NCBI GenBank assembly: GCA_951406725.2
Contig: OX597814.1
Coordinates: 82,088,001 to 82,152,000 of the forward strand
Direction of reading: 5' to 3'
Length of the DNA: 64,000 nt
Source of the DNA: Octopus vulgaris
Lineage: Eukaryota
The notes under the pieces are model-generated. The model was not told the origin of the DNA. It did not search any database and was given only the letters and a program-made list of their open reading frames with translations. Position 1 is the stretch's first letter. Each line of letters opens with the position of its first letter. Below, piece by piece: positions 12,205-25,900 of this stretch. The translations under genes were made by a program, and so were the position numbers.

Positions 12205-12247
12205 AACTGTCCGACGAACGGGAACGTAAAAACTCTGAGTAACAGTT
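12205..12247 (+). ncRNA. Degenerate minimal hammerhead ribozyme
   Basis: AACTGT-CCGACGA-ACG-GGAA-CGT-AAAAA-CTCTGAG-TA-ACAGTT; homologous to 39719-39756. Confidence 0.55.
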
Positions 12248-12275
12248 CTGCAATAATTTGCAGCTTTAATAAAAA

Positions 12276-12321
<46 letters not shown>

Positions 12322-12446
12322 CAAAAGAAGGGATGATGTTTCCACGCAGGAAAAAATATAGGAAAATGTGTTGTTGAAAATGCACCTAAATTTCAAAAGC
12401 TCGTAAATGTTTAAAATACATTTACATTTTTGATAAGATTAGCCGG

Positions 12447-12519
<73 letters not shown>

Positions 12520-12520
<1 letters not shown>

Positions 12521-12730
12521 TAAGTTTGTGTGCGTTTATCCCCCCACCATCGTTTGACAGCCAATGTTGGTGTGTTTACGCCCCCGTAACTTAGCGGTTC
12601 GACAAAAGAGTACGATAGAATAAGTACAAGGTTTACAAAAAATAAGTCCTGGGGTCGATTTCTTCGACTAAAAGTGGTGGTCCAGCATGATCAAAGTAAA
12701 ATGACTGATACAAATAAAAGAATAAAAGAA
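12520..12730 (+). mobile_element. SINE family A, 3' half
   Basis: CGTAACTTAGCGGTTCG...GATAGAATAAGTAC...GGGGTCGATT. Confidence 0.75.
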
Positions 12731-12836
12731 TGTGTGTGTTTGTGTGAGTGTGTGTATGCGTGTGTGTGTGTATATATATATATTTATATATAATAGAAAT
12801 AATATATATATATATACATATACATACATACATACA

Positions 12837-12868
<32 letters not shown>

Positions 12869-13340
12869 CATTGGCATATATGGATACAGGACGTCACCAG
12901 TAAACCACATGAAATACGAAAACAAATGATCTCAATACTCAAACAACGAGAGAAACAAATGAAAAACAGGGTAACTAAAACAAAGAACGACCCTTCATCA
13001 GTTGTCGGCTGGCTGCTCTTCATTTCGAGCAGTGAACGACAACATGAGTCTTCGAAGACAGTTGGTCCCATAAGTTAAAAAAAAAACAGGACAGTGGAGA
13101 CACGAAGAAACCGAACGAAAACAAACATGGGAGGTCGTTAGACTAGAACGAGGGTAGAATAGCGAATGTTGGATAAATATATAAAGAAAATAACAAAAGC
13201 GGCTATACGCCAAAATAAAACCAAAAATTCAGTTGCCACTAGTTGTAATTGATGGTGCGTGCCATATAGTACCTATATTGCTAGAAATAAGTGCTAAAAA
13301 TCCCTTAGAGCCGCAAGAAAACACATTATATGTTAGTATA

Positions 13341-13743
13341 GGCGCAGGAGTGGCTGTGTGGTAAGTAGCTTGCTAACCAACCACATTGTTCCGGGTTCAG
13401 TCCCACTGCGTGGCATCTTGGGCAAGTTGTCTTCTGCTATAGCCCAGGGCCGACCAATGCCTTGTGAGTGGACTTGGTAGTCGGAAACTGAAAGAAGCCT
13501 GTGGTATATATGTATATATATAAGTGTGTGTGTATATGTTTGTGTGTCTGTGTTTGTCCCCCTAGCATTGCTTGACAACCGATGCTGGTGTGTTTGTGTC
13601 CCCGTCACTTAGCGGTTCGGCAAAAGAGACCGATAGAATAAGTACTGGGCTTACAAAAGAATAAGTCCCGGGGTCGATTTGCTCGACTAAAGGCGGTGCT
13701 CCAGCATGACTGCAGTCAAATGACTGAAACAAGTAAAAGAGTA
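13341..13743 (+). mobile_element. Full-length tRNA-derived SINE family A (CORE-like central segment)
   Basis: Head GGCGCAGGAGTGGCTGTGTGGTAAG...GGGTTCAGTCCC, then GTGGCATCTTGGGCAAGT, an internal TA/TG microsatellite and tail GACTGAAACAAGTAAAAGA; many copies in the window. Confidence 0.85.
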
Positions 13744-13840
13744 TATGAAAATGTGCTTTCTTACAGCTCTAAAGTTTTTTTAACTCTTATTTCTAGCAAT
13801 ATAGGTAGTGGCAACTGAATATACATACATACATGAATGT

Positions 13841-13934
<94 letters not shown>

Positions 13935-14019
13935 AGAGTGAAAAATTGGATATTAATTTGATTAACATCAATTTAAAACCATATTGAAATCTGAAGGTTC
14001 AGAAAATTGTATTACAGAC

Positions 14020-14201
14020 ATATGAGAGGGATGACCACTATGTGGACAGCCCTAATGCTAGAAGTAGATCCACTATGGTCTTACCACTAAGAAATGTTCT
14101 AAATTCCTAAATTTAGGAATTGAGAACATTTCTTAGTGGTAAGACCATAGCGGATCTACTTCTAGTATAAGGGTTGTCCACATAGCGGTCATCCCCTTAT
14201 C

Positions 14202-14203
<2 letters not shown>
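14020..14203. repeat. Spacerless ~184-bp near-perfect palindrome
   Basis: Centre CCTAAA|TTTAGG at 14111/14112; arms pair out to GGGATGACC/GGTCATCCC. Confidence 0.9.
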
Positions 14204-14260
<57 letters not shown>

Positions 14261-14264
14261 CTCT

Positions 14265-14733
<469 letters not shown>

Positions 14734-15398
14734 CATATATATATATATATATATATAAATCTCACATGCATACACTCACACATACACACACGCACTCACG
14801 CGCACACACACGCATACACGCGCCTGTGTGTGTAAATTTAATCTGCATACCATCATGCCCTAAGACACCCGCACAACCCTAATGAAATTCCCCAATAACT
14901 ATGCTTCCCTGTTATCTTTGTCTCCATCACAGAAAGGGCTGAACAATTTTTTGTTTTTGTTTTTTAAACAGACTTCATTTATTTGTTATTTGTTAGTTGA
15001 GGCTATTAAATAGTGCTTTCTAATCATGCATACAAACACACATGCATACATACATGCAAACATATATTCGCATACACTCACACACCACATCCGACAGAAA
15101 CATGCACAGACATACGCACACGCGCGCACGCGTATACATACCGACAAACACACTAGCACACACACACACTCAAACAGTGTATTATCTACGTACATAGCCA
15201 CACACACCCACACACACATACATAGCACATATACGCACACAAACACGCACGCTCGCGCGCACACACACACGCACACACACACACAAGCATAAATTCACCT
15301 ACGTAGTCATCTACCGGTACATAAACACAGGCACTCACGGACAGATGCACATAAGCGAACTCACTACAATATATATTGAAATTCACAGACACTCAGAC

Positions 15399-15441
<43 letters not shown>

Positions 15442-15768
15442 ACACACACACAAACGCACTCTCTCTCACACACACACATGCACACACACACACATACACA
15501 CATATGCATAGAGAGAGGAGAGATGTGCGTATGACTACTATTCTCTCCCTTGCTGACTTTATTCCATTTGCTTTTCTTTCCACCTTTTTCGTGCGTGTGT
15601 GTGTGTGTGTGTGTGTGTGCGTGCGTGTGTGTGTGTGCGCGTGCGTGTGTGCGTGTGTGTGTGCGTGTGTGTGCGCGCATATGTGTGTATGCGTACAGAT
15701 AAGTATATATAAATGTGTATGTATGCATGATTGTATGCATGTGTCATTGTATTCATTCTCTCACATGC

Positions 15769-15799
<31 letters not shown>

Positions 15800-16414
15800 C
15801 ATACATACATGCCTGCATGCATACATACATGCATACATTCATAAAGACGCACGCATGCGCACATTCGCACACTCTCGCTCTACCTTAACGACGCATTCCC
15901 ATTCGCTCGTAAAGATTTCCCAACTCCTTTTCGTCGACTTCCAGTTAGACTCCGCCATTTACCTCAGTAGTCACTTTTCAGCAATACCTCTACTTCCTTT
16001 TTCTCTATCTATCTTTCTCTTTCTCTCTTTCTCTCTCTCACACACACATACACACTCATGCACTAACTCTCTCTCTCTCTCCCTCTCTCTCTCGCTCTCT
16101 CTTTCTCTCATTCTCTATCTCTCATTGGTGAAATCCTGTCTCCGCCTATTTTATGAAACATTTTCTCTCCATTCACATAGGTGGTTATTATACGTTATCT
16201 ACCCTCGCCACATCCTCTCTTCTCTGTCTCCCTCTCTCACCGTCTTTCTCTCTCTCCCTGTCTCCCTCCCCCTCTCTCTTTTTACTTCTTGCTCTTTGTC
16301 TCTCGTTGCCAATATCTTTCCGCCTATTTTCATGAAATTTTTATACTTCACGCCTCTTCTTCCTTCACTCTATTTCACACATGTCAGTCAATCGTCCAGT
16401 GGATTTTTATTCTA

Positions 16415-16446
<32 letters not shown>

Positions 16447-16996
16447 GTTGTCAATATTTCTCCGCTTATTTTCATGCTAATTCTTATATTACACGCCCCT
16501 TCGTCACTGCCTTTCACATACGTCAATCTTCCAGACTTCTCAACATACCCCAGGCATTCCTCTGTAACTCCCACTTTCCTTTCTCTCTCCCCCCCTCTCT
16601 CTCTCTCTGTCTGTCTATATATCAACTAATCTATCTATCTTTCTCTCTCTTATTATACATACGCACACACACGTATATCTCTGCTGTCTTTCTCCTCCTT
16701 TTCTGTGTGTGTGTGTCTGTCTGTCTCTCTCTCTTTCTCTCTCTCTCACACACTTTCTCGAATAGATTCAACATTTCCATAGAACACGCCTAAAAAACAT
16801 TGCACCTTACAATTTTTGTACAGCGAGATATTGGAAATATTGCATCTCCTTGAATTTGTAATGAAGAGGAGCATTTGAATGTGCGTGTGTGTGTGCGTTG
16901 GATGCGGCTGTGCCAGAATGTATTAAGAATGAATATGTATATCATGGTTTTAATTCTCGCTATTCTCTGTGAACATGGGACCTATGTCCACAGCGA

Positions 16997-17045
<49 letters not shown>

Positions 17046-17144
17046 AGTTACCATGTCCCTATCTCTTAGGGATATGGTAACTTATTCTCTCTCTTTTTCT
17101 TCCTCCACACACAAACACACATACATGTGTGTGTGTGTGTGATT

Positions 17145-17471
17145 ATTGTATATGAGAAGCCCCCCTTCGGTCATGAATGACAATGGGATTGCACCTAGAA
17201 AGTTACCCTCCGAGGCACAAGTCCGTATAAGGTTGTTTGTGGAAGTCCAGCAGTCGCCCATGCACACCAGCCTCCCCTCTATACACAACGAATGTTATCC
17301 AAGGGAGAGGCAAAGGCCGATACAGCTTGGCGCCAGTCATGTCGCAACTCATTTCTACAGCTGTGTTAACTGGAGCAATGTGAAATAAAGTGTCTTGCTC
17401 AAGAACACAACACGCACCCCGATCCAGGAATCGAACTCACAACCTCACGATCGTAAGCTCGACGCTCTAAC

Positions 17472-17476
<5 letters not shown>
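17145..17476 (-). mobile_element. tRNA-derived SINE (family D)
   Basis: Minus head TAGTGGTTAGAGCGTCGAGC...GAGTTCGATTCC, then TTGTGTTCTTGAGCAAGACACTTT; a related fragment lies at 11648-11720 (+). Confidence 0.75.
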
Positions 17477-17508
<32 letters not shown>

Positions 17509-17516
17509 AAATATAT

Positions 17517-17825
17517 GTGGCTGTGTGGTAAGTAGCTTGTTTACCAACCATATGGTTCCGGGTTCAGTCCCACTGTGTGGCACCTTGGGCAAGTGTATTC
17601 TACTATAGCCTCGAGCTGACCAAAGCCTTGTGAGTGGATTTGGTAGACGGAAACTGAAAGAAGCCTGTCGTATATATGTATATATATGTATATGTATGTG
17701 TGTGTATGTGTTTGTGTGATTGTCCCCCTAGCATTGCTTGACAACCGATGCTGGTGTGTTTACGTCCCCGTAACTTAGCGGTTCGGCAAAAGAGACCGAT
17801 AGAATAAGTACTGGGCTTACAAAAA
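17517..17825 (+). mobile_element. SINE family A
   Basis: Near-identical to 13350-13660. Confidence 0.85.
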
Positions 17826-18238
17826 ATAAAAGTCAAAAATATTTCTGTGTCACGGAATAGTGACAAAATTAATATAAGCATGATAGGAAAAAAATTCAGT
17901 GAACAATAATATCGTCTTACCTCTGGCAGATCAGCAAAAATGATGCTGGTTATGGTAAGTGAACAAGTTCTTTTTTGGTATTAACGATACATACGTCACA
18001 ATTTTACGTTTCGAGTTTAGTGCAAAACGGTGCCTGATTCTCCTCGGCCAATCTTGCCAGCCAACGACTACTAAAATTTGCTCCCACCATACCTGCAAAT
18101 TTGTTTGAAGTGGGCAAACACCACTTAGACAAACGAAATACGCGAAATTATTTATAAGTAAATATGGGTGATAGTACTATCAAAACACCATCACTAGTGG
18201 CGGCGAATATCAGCCATACAGGCAAAATTAATATACAT

Positions 18239-18277
<39 letters not shown>

Positions 18278-18287
18278 TTATAAATAA

Positions 18288-18885
18288 CTAGCAGCTAAGC
18301 CCGGTTTCACCCCGTCGGTTTGGATGATGCGGTTGTAAAACCTGCTCTGTGTAAGCATTCGACTTGTTTGGGCACGCTTACGTTAAAAAACAATTTTAGA
18401 ATGACATTTTTCTGTGAAAACGCTAAAAGTAACTGACCAAAAAAAAAAAATTAACCGAGATTCAACCAAATCAAAAAGATAAACCCAAATACTAAGCGAT
18501 CAAAGATGAACCATCCCACTTCCATTGCGCACGCACACGCATACACACACACAAACAAGCACACATGTACACACGCACACAGATTCACATACACCCCTTT
18601 TACATACACACACATATTCACACAGAGTTGAAACACTGATGTATTTTTTCAGCGTACAATTTTCATCATCCCACTACCAAGTATGACATCATCCCTTCCT
18701 TCCTTATTCATCTATCACTCCTTTCTCATTCATAAACACAAGAGTATTATTATAGTAGATTATCTCGGTAACCATGGGAGCTATGAAAAAAATACAAAGC
18801 CCAGCAACGCCACCTGTGTAATTTTTCGCGCATTTGACCGTGAATCCCAAAGACAAGAAAAGATCGCCCATGTCAAATTTATATA
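18288..18885 (-). mobile_element. Non-autonomous Helitron
   Basis: Minus-strand 3' end CGGGGTGAAACCGGGCTTAGCTGCTAG|T (GC-rich hairpin-like motif plus CTAG before T); TATAAA-type 5' end; no TIRs. Confidence 0.6.
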
Positions 18886-18964
18886 CATACATACATACAT
18901 ACATACATACATACATACATACATACATACATACATACATACATACATACATACATACATACGT

Positions 18965-19051
<87 letters not shown>

Positions 19052-20262
19052 CAGACATGCAGGAGGTAAATAGACACCTTTAATTTTCAAAATTTCTGAT
19101 CTAAGCATCTTGATATGTTTTCAGCTGTATAGAATTTAATGTAAGTATTCTTTTATATTAAACATTTGCGAAGAGTAACCATGCCACGCACAAAATATTC
19201 AGCAGAACAGTCAGACTTTCAAAGATGTCTTATTGTTGGGTAATCTGAGGCTGGTCTTAGCCAGTGAAAAATTGCCGAAAGTCTTCAAATTTCTCTTGCT
19301 ACTGTTAATAGAATTGTAATGCAATTCAAAAGCCAAGGAAAAGAATCAACAGATTCTCGTCCCGGCTGACCTGGGCCCTCGGAAAGGAAGCTTCGCTGTT
19401 TGAAGAGAATTGTGGAAAACGTACCCCGTTCGAAGGCTTCTGACATAGCAAAACAGCTAGAAGTTAGTCCAAGAAAGTGTGTTACATATCTGCATAAGCT
19501 TGGGTATTATGGACGAGCAGCTAGAAGAAAAGAAAGAAATGGGCTAAGGAGATGTCAGAAAAATCCAGTTCATTTTGGGATAGAGTGATTTTCTCTGATG
19601 AATCCAGATTTGCATAATTTTCAGACAGTGGACATGTTTGGGTTTGGAGGCTTCCCAATCAAGAATTTGATTTGAAGCGACTCCAACCAACTGTGAAACA
19701 TGGCGGTATCTCTGTAATAGTATGGGGAGCTGTCACCAGCAATGGTCATTCTGAGCAGATTGAATGTGTTGGAACCATAAACTCAGAAAAATACATCGAA
19801 ATACTTAAGCAAGGACTACTTCCGATGTATTCACACGATAACATAACGAAAAATGAGTTTTTTTTATTTTTCATGGCAGATGGGGCTTCATGCCACACAA
19901 CGAAAAGGAATCAACAATGGCTGACTGAAAATGGAATCAAAAAGTTTCCTTGGCCGAGCCAATCTCCTGACATGAACCCAACTGAAAATCTTTGAAGCGT
20001 ACTAGATAGAGCTATACGAAAAACTCGACAGAAACCTAAATATAAAGATGAATTTTTCGATCGTTGCATGAAAAGTGGGCAGAAATTCCACAAGAGACAA
20101 TCACAAAGCTCATCAGTTCAATGCCAAAAAGAGTTTCTGAATTAAAAACTGCAAAGGGAATGTCAACTAAATACTAAAGTATGTAGTCCTACCTATCGAT
20201 TACATTTCAATTGCTCGCTTTGCGTATTAAATAAAAGATTTTGAAAATTAAAGGTGTCTATT
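19052..20262 (+). mobile_element. Tc1 (DD34E) DNA transposon; decayed transposase 19181-20177
   Basis: TA|CAG start; TIR segment AATAGACACCTTTAATTTTCAAAAT is mirrored at 20238-20262. Motifs [40 protein letters not shown]. Confidence 0.9.
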
Positions 20263-20289
20263 AGTATAATTTTACCCAAAATCTCCAAG

Positions 20290-20680
20290 AGGATAAGGAG
20301 ATAAACAAAGAACATGTTTTACCAACAACATCATAGTTTTAACTCTATGATTTATTAATTAGATTACAAGTGGAAGATAAACTGGAACCATATATAGCAA
20401 GAATACCACGAATTAATTTGGAGAGCGACAAACCTGACTTTTCAAAGTAATCCCACAATTAAATTGATATGTCCTTCAAAGTCAGACATAGTTAAAATAA
20501 GTAAATTAATTATCAATATGTATATACCTACACTTGGAAAAAAATTAAATTAAACTCTTTTGGGGTGATTGATTGATTTAAAGCAATTAAGAATAAGAAA
20601 CTCACTAAATTGAAATATCAAATCATTACTCTTCAATTAACCCTATATTACTAAATATGACACTCATCTTCGCGATTTGA
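20290..20680 (+). mobile_element. Penelope-like RT fragment
   Basis: KPDF../NPTIKLICPSKSDIVKISK resembles the PLE 'NPTCRLINPAKSEIGKISK' motif. Confidence 0.5.
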
Positions 20681-20689
20681 TAGACGGAA

Positions 20690-20732
20690 ACTGAAAGTGG
20701 ATTTGGTAGACGGAAACTGGAGAAATCCCATC

Positions 20733-20826
<94 letters not shown>

Positions 20827-21080
20827 TGTGTGTATGTATGTATGTATGTATGTATGTATGTATAAATGTATGTATTTGTGTGTCTGTGTTTGTCCCCCCC
20901 ACCACCACCATAGCTTGACAACCGATGTTGGCGTGTTTACGACCCCGTAACCTAGCGGTTCAGCAAAAGAAACCGATAGAATAAGTACTAGGCTTACGAA
21001 GAATAAATCCCGGAGTCAATTTGTTCGACTAAAGGAGGTGCTCCAGCATAACCGCAGTCAAATGACTGAAACAAGTTATA
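20690..21080 (+). mobile_element. SINE family A (5'-truncated)
   Basis: GTGGATTTGGTAGACGGAAACTG, microsatellite, then the family A 3' half. Confidence 0.8.
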
Positions 21081-21645
21081 GAAAAGTAAAAGAAGTTATA
21101 GAAATAATGTAACGGATGAACAATAAGAATCATAGTGACAATAAAAGCGAAAATACAAAGGCATACCTTAATTGGATAAATAGTAAAACAAACATTATGG
21201 ATACTATGAAAGGCAATGTAAGAACAGGAAACAGGAATGGAAAAATTCTTAATAAAGGATATAATGGAATGAAGAGTGCAAGTAGTTATGTAAGCAAAGG
21301 GAAGAAAACTTGATATAAGAACAGTATAGCCACAGAGCTATAACGGTCCAATATCCGTCATCAGCTCGATAATTGTCCGACCTTCTCTCCGGTAGCCTGG
21401 GCACTAAGACTTATTCAAAAAGAGCAGAACACGTGTATGGCTTAAGTCACTTGCATAACTTAAAGAAAGAAATTTCCATTTGGCAATTATGGCATATCTA
21501 TTAGAAGTGCAGATTATTTTAAGAAATAAAAAAATTATGTTGTATGGTATTTGACATGCCTGTATTTGAAATTCTACAAATTACCTAAGTTTATTGTATT
21601 ATCTAAAAGGAGCAATACTTTATTGGAAATATTATGTTTGTCACT

Positions 21646-21860
21646 AAGGCGGTGAGCTGGAAGAATCGTTAGCATGCCAAGTAAAATGCTTAGTGGCATT
21701 TCGTCCGTCTTTACGTTCTGGGTTCAAATTCTGCCGAAGTTGACTTTGCTTTTCCGTTCAGGGTCGGCAAAAATAGATACCAGTTGATCACTGAGGTCGA
21801 TATAATCAATTTACCCCAACCCCGAAACTGCTGGCCTTGTCCCAAAATTTGAAACCAATA
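21646..21860 (+). mobile_element. SINE family B (tRNA-like head, MetaSINE-like central domain)
   Basis: AAGGCGGTGAGCTGG..AATCGTTAGC...GGTTCAAATTC...GACTTTGC...GGGTCG; many copies in the window. Confidence 0.75.
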
Positions 21861-21881
21861 TTATGTCTGACTGTACCTTTC

Positions 21882-22080
21882 CTACATTAGAACAGAAAAT
21901 GTTTGCAAACATTCTTCGAAAAGGTTTCCAGTCATCCATACCTTCTTATTTGAACATTCATCTTGTGGAATGACAAGATTATAGAAGTTTTCTACTTTTA
22001 TTATCGAAACTTTCTGGCTTCTGCTTTTGATTTGGAAAAGAATGTATAATTGTAGGAGATACTGATGGAACAAATAACAT
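21882..22080 (-). pseudogene. pogo/Tigger DDE transposase fragment
   Basis: NKKVWMTGNLFEECL resembles the NxKAWMTxxLFxEW motif. Confidence 0.55.
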
Positions 22081-23799
22081 GGTTACTTTTGATAAGGATA
22101 TTGACTACGAGCAACAATTGTGTTACGTCATTAAGCTGTATGTGATGTTTTTTTTGTTTTCTACATGAAAAGTGAATCAAGTTGTGGCGAAGTTATGTTA
22201 AGTAATAGCATATGCAATGATGAGGACAACGTCGAACTGAAGATTCTGAAGAAGCAATTATATATATATATATCAATTGAATTTAATGAAATAGCTTCTG
22301 ATGCAGAAGACCCTTCCACTGAGGACAATTTCAGCATTGATTAACAAAGTAAAAAAAAAAATTGTCTCCAGCAAATCGTGAAATACTTCAGAAATATGTT
22401 AAAGGCGCGAATAGAAAATTAATTTTTTCTAATGAATGGTGATGAGACTGAATGGTTATGACTGAAATACTTAGAGGAATTTTTCCTTATGCATACATAC
22501 ATACATACATACATACATACATACATACATACATACATACATACATACATACATACACACATACATACATACATACGTACATACATACATACATATACAG
22601 TATACACAGACATACACACACACATATATACATACATAAAAGCATACATACATATGCAGTATGTACATACATACACACACATATATCTCCATACATACAA
22701 GCATACATACATATGAACATACATACACACATAAGAACGTACGCGTGTGTATGTATATATGCATGTATGTACGTATGTACGTACGTACGTACGTACGTAT
22801 GTATGTATGTATGTATGTATGTATGTATGTATGTATGTATATATGTATGTATGTATGTGTAAATATATACTGCTACCTCAGCAGAGCATTGTGGAAATCA
22901 CGCGCTGATTGGAAGACCCTAGTGCAAATATACACTTATGAGCACGTGTAAATCAAACACAATTTGAAGTCATGCAGCAGCTGGTAGCACAGTTCGCCAA
23001 CGCTGAAATGGAAAGTGTGACCCAAGGTGTTTAGCCAAAAATTGATAAACGAATAAAATAAAATTATGTACATTCAATAAATAAAATATAAAAAAGATCA
23101 ATTTATAATTTCTAGTAAGAAGATTAGTGGTCTCTCCCTGTCTCATTTAATCCTGACAAAGCTGCTCCCTATTTTAATAACACAAAGCCTAACCGCTATA
23201 GTAACACCGTCCCTTGCCACAGTAATACCGATCCATTTCCTTTGCATATATTACGAAACAAGAAAGCATTCAGAGGGAACACAGACAACAATCGCGACCA
23301 TATCAGACTGTGGAAACACAAACGCAGTGATTCCATAGACCAACTGTTCTCCAGCTAATCACGAGAACTCATTTTTTTTCTTATACTGAATCTGGAAAAA
23401 GAAATCCAGAAGAGCATTCTCGCTATAAACATCAACTTCCACTGTCATCCCAGGTAAGGAATAACCCCAGTAGTGCCACCAAACAGTAACGAAGACAACA
23501 CACACTTTGAATTGACACAAAGAAGCGGTTACCTTAGCAACGATAATCCTGCTAAATGATCAAGGAACTAAACCATCTATCAGTGCACAAAAATGGAAAA
23601 TTCCATACACTGAGGGTTGGCTTACCGGATAGCCAAACCTAATCTCTTTCTTCATCCTAACCTCAAAGTAACTCCCTTCTTAAATCGGTTTGTGGAGATA
23701 ACGCAAGCCGATTTAAGAGGGACGTTACTATTTTCCACCACGATCTTTGCCGCAGATGCATTGAACGTATTTTCAACTGGCTACTGTGAATCACTGTCT

Positions 23800-25900
23800 A
23801 TATATAACAATGCCAATGGCTTGTCTATAATCGGGATCTACAACCATCTTAGATATCTCTAATTTGTTTGCTAGTGTGCCTCCAAAAACAAATTCAACAA
23901 TTCATCAAGGAGTACATCTCTGGCAAAATTTTAATGATGGGCGACTTTAACTTTCCCTTTGTGGATTCGTCTACAAATACTCTGAAACTAAGAATTCACA
24001 TTTCAACCTAGGGCCACGATGCAGTAGAGACATTTTTCGAAATTATGAATGATTTTTTTCCTATCTCTCTTGTGCTCAAGCCAATAAGACACATTCAAAA
24101 GTGCTTTGGATCTTCTGTTGAACAAAAGTGCTATCGTCATTTATATCACAGTTGAAAAAGCCATTTTGTCAGACCATAACATGGTACTCTGTAGTTTCGT
24201 TTTTCAACATCCAAATTTTAGGCTGAAATTACTGGACCCAGCGTACACATTTGACCACATTGACCTATATAGAGCGAACTTGAAATCAGTTATACATGAG
24301 TTACCACTTGTCAACTGATCTTTTACACTCACTTCCTCTGATATCAAAGTATCTTGACAGCTATTTGATGTCACAGTTATCCACATCTGTATAACCCACA
24401 TCCACCACATCATGGCCGACAAACAAAAACAGATACTGGCTCTCAAGTGAGAGAAAACGCTCATCAGAAAAATAAAGTGAATTCACAGAAAAACCATTCA
24501 GTTAATACACAGCCAGCGGAAGCATCCCTCTCAAGAGAAACAACATCATCAGAATCTGGAAAGTATCCTCCAGAACTGTAAGAGGCCCTTCACTAACAAC
24601 GAAATAACCTCTGGGGAATACTGCGACACTGTAAAAAGTAGACATAATCCCGAAGTCTTCCATTCGTTTTCAAAAACGTACGGAGCCACTTTCTCATTCC
24701 TCGCTCCACTGATCGGTGAATATAATGTTCTTCGGAATGACGTCGAAGACAAGGTGAAGATTCTGCAGAAGTAATACTGCTCTGTCTTCAGTGACCCTAA
24801 TATGTCTGACAGTATTGATGAAGTAAATCCTCAACATATCCTTTCTGACATAACTTTCATTGTTGTGGGCATCGTTGCGCAATTAATAAAAGTAAACTCA
24901 ATCCAATAATAGGCCCTGACAACTTACCAGCTAGCGATCTGACGGAGTGAAGCTACCAACTTGCATCACTTGCTAATAATATCTAGAGAAAATCGCTGGA
25001 TTCGGATTTCATTTCTGAACATTTTTTTGTCTCAGTCTGCCATCTTTAAAGAGAGAAATTATTCTCAGTGAATTACTCTCCGATCTCACGAATCTCTATA
25101 ATCATTAAAGTATTCGAGAGGATGATGAGGTAAAAGATAACTATCTTCCAAGAGAGGAATAATCTAGAACCTAACCATTGTGAACTTTTATGATGCAGAG
25201 ACTGACTATCACAACTTCCATGCAACTTTGATAACGTTTTAAATGCTCTGAGAGAGGGTTCCAACACAGATGTCATTTATGCTGACTTCAATAAAGCTTT
25301 CAACAACGTCGATCACAGCATTCTGCTTAAGAAACGAACTAACATAGGAATACGTGGCGAACTACTGCATTTCATTAAATGCTTCCTGAGAAACAGATCC
25401 ATATTGTTTTGATCGAGGGAATTCGCTCAAGACCAGCAAAAATCATTAATAGTGTCTACCGGGGTGCTGTGTTAGGCTCACTTTTAATTATTATTTTCAT
25501 TAACGATGTTGCAAATATCATCAAACATAGGAAGGCAAAAGTCTTTGCGGATGTCTCTAAACTCCAGAAAGTTATTAAGGGATTATATAACCTAACAGAA
25601 TTCCCATCCGATCTATGAGCTGTAACATGATGGGCAAAAAAAAAACACATATTGCTAAACGATGAAAATTTTGAGCTTATCCACTTTCAATAAAGGAATA
25701 TATTTAAACAGCTATTGTCTCTTTCATCGGGAGGAGGAGCTTCTCGCGACGTAAAATGATATCAGAAGCTTAGATGTAACTGCGGACAACAGCTTGGACA
25801 ACAGTTGGAGTGTATTGTGTATACATCAGTAATAAAGTCGATATGGCTCTGCGTGGAACCTTTGAACTTTCCACTCCACAAATCCTGATACCATTAGCCT
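23800..25900 (+). mobile_element. Decayed CR1-group LINE (APE plus RT)
   Basis: MGDFNFP, LSDHNMV, GPD, PISRISIIIKVFER, DVIYADFNKAFNNVDH, VYRGAVLGSLL, FADVSKL, with many stops. Confidence 0.8.

Noticed and set aside
12985-13050. CTGATGA and GAAA on the minus strand as a possible HHR
   Set aside because: I could not build consistent stems I and III in any topology.
15345-16793. 482-aa ORF
   Set aside because: It is open only because it runs through (CT)n/(CA)n/(GT)n tracts; there is no domain content.
17912-17960. Possible 25-nt microexon (CAG|ATCAGC...TTATG|GTAAGT)
   Set aside because: Splice-like signals alone are common by chance; no coding support.
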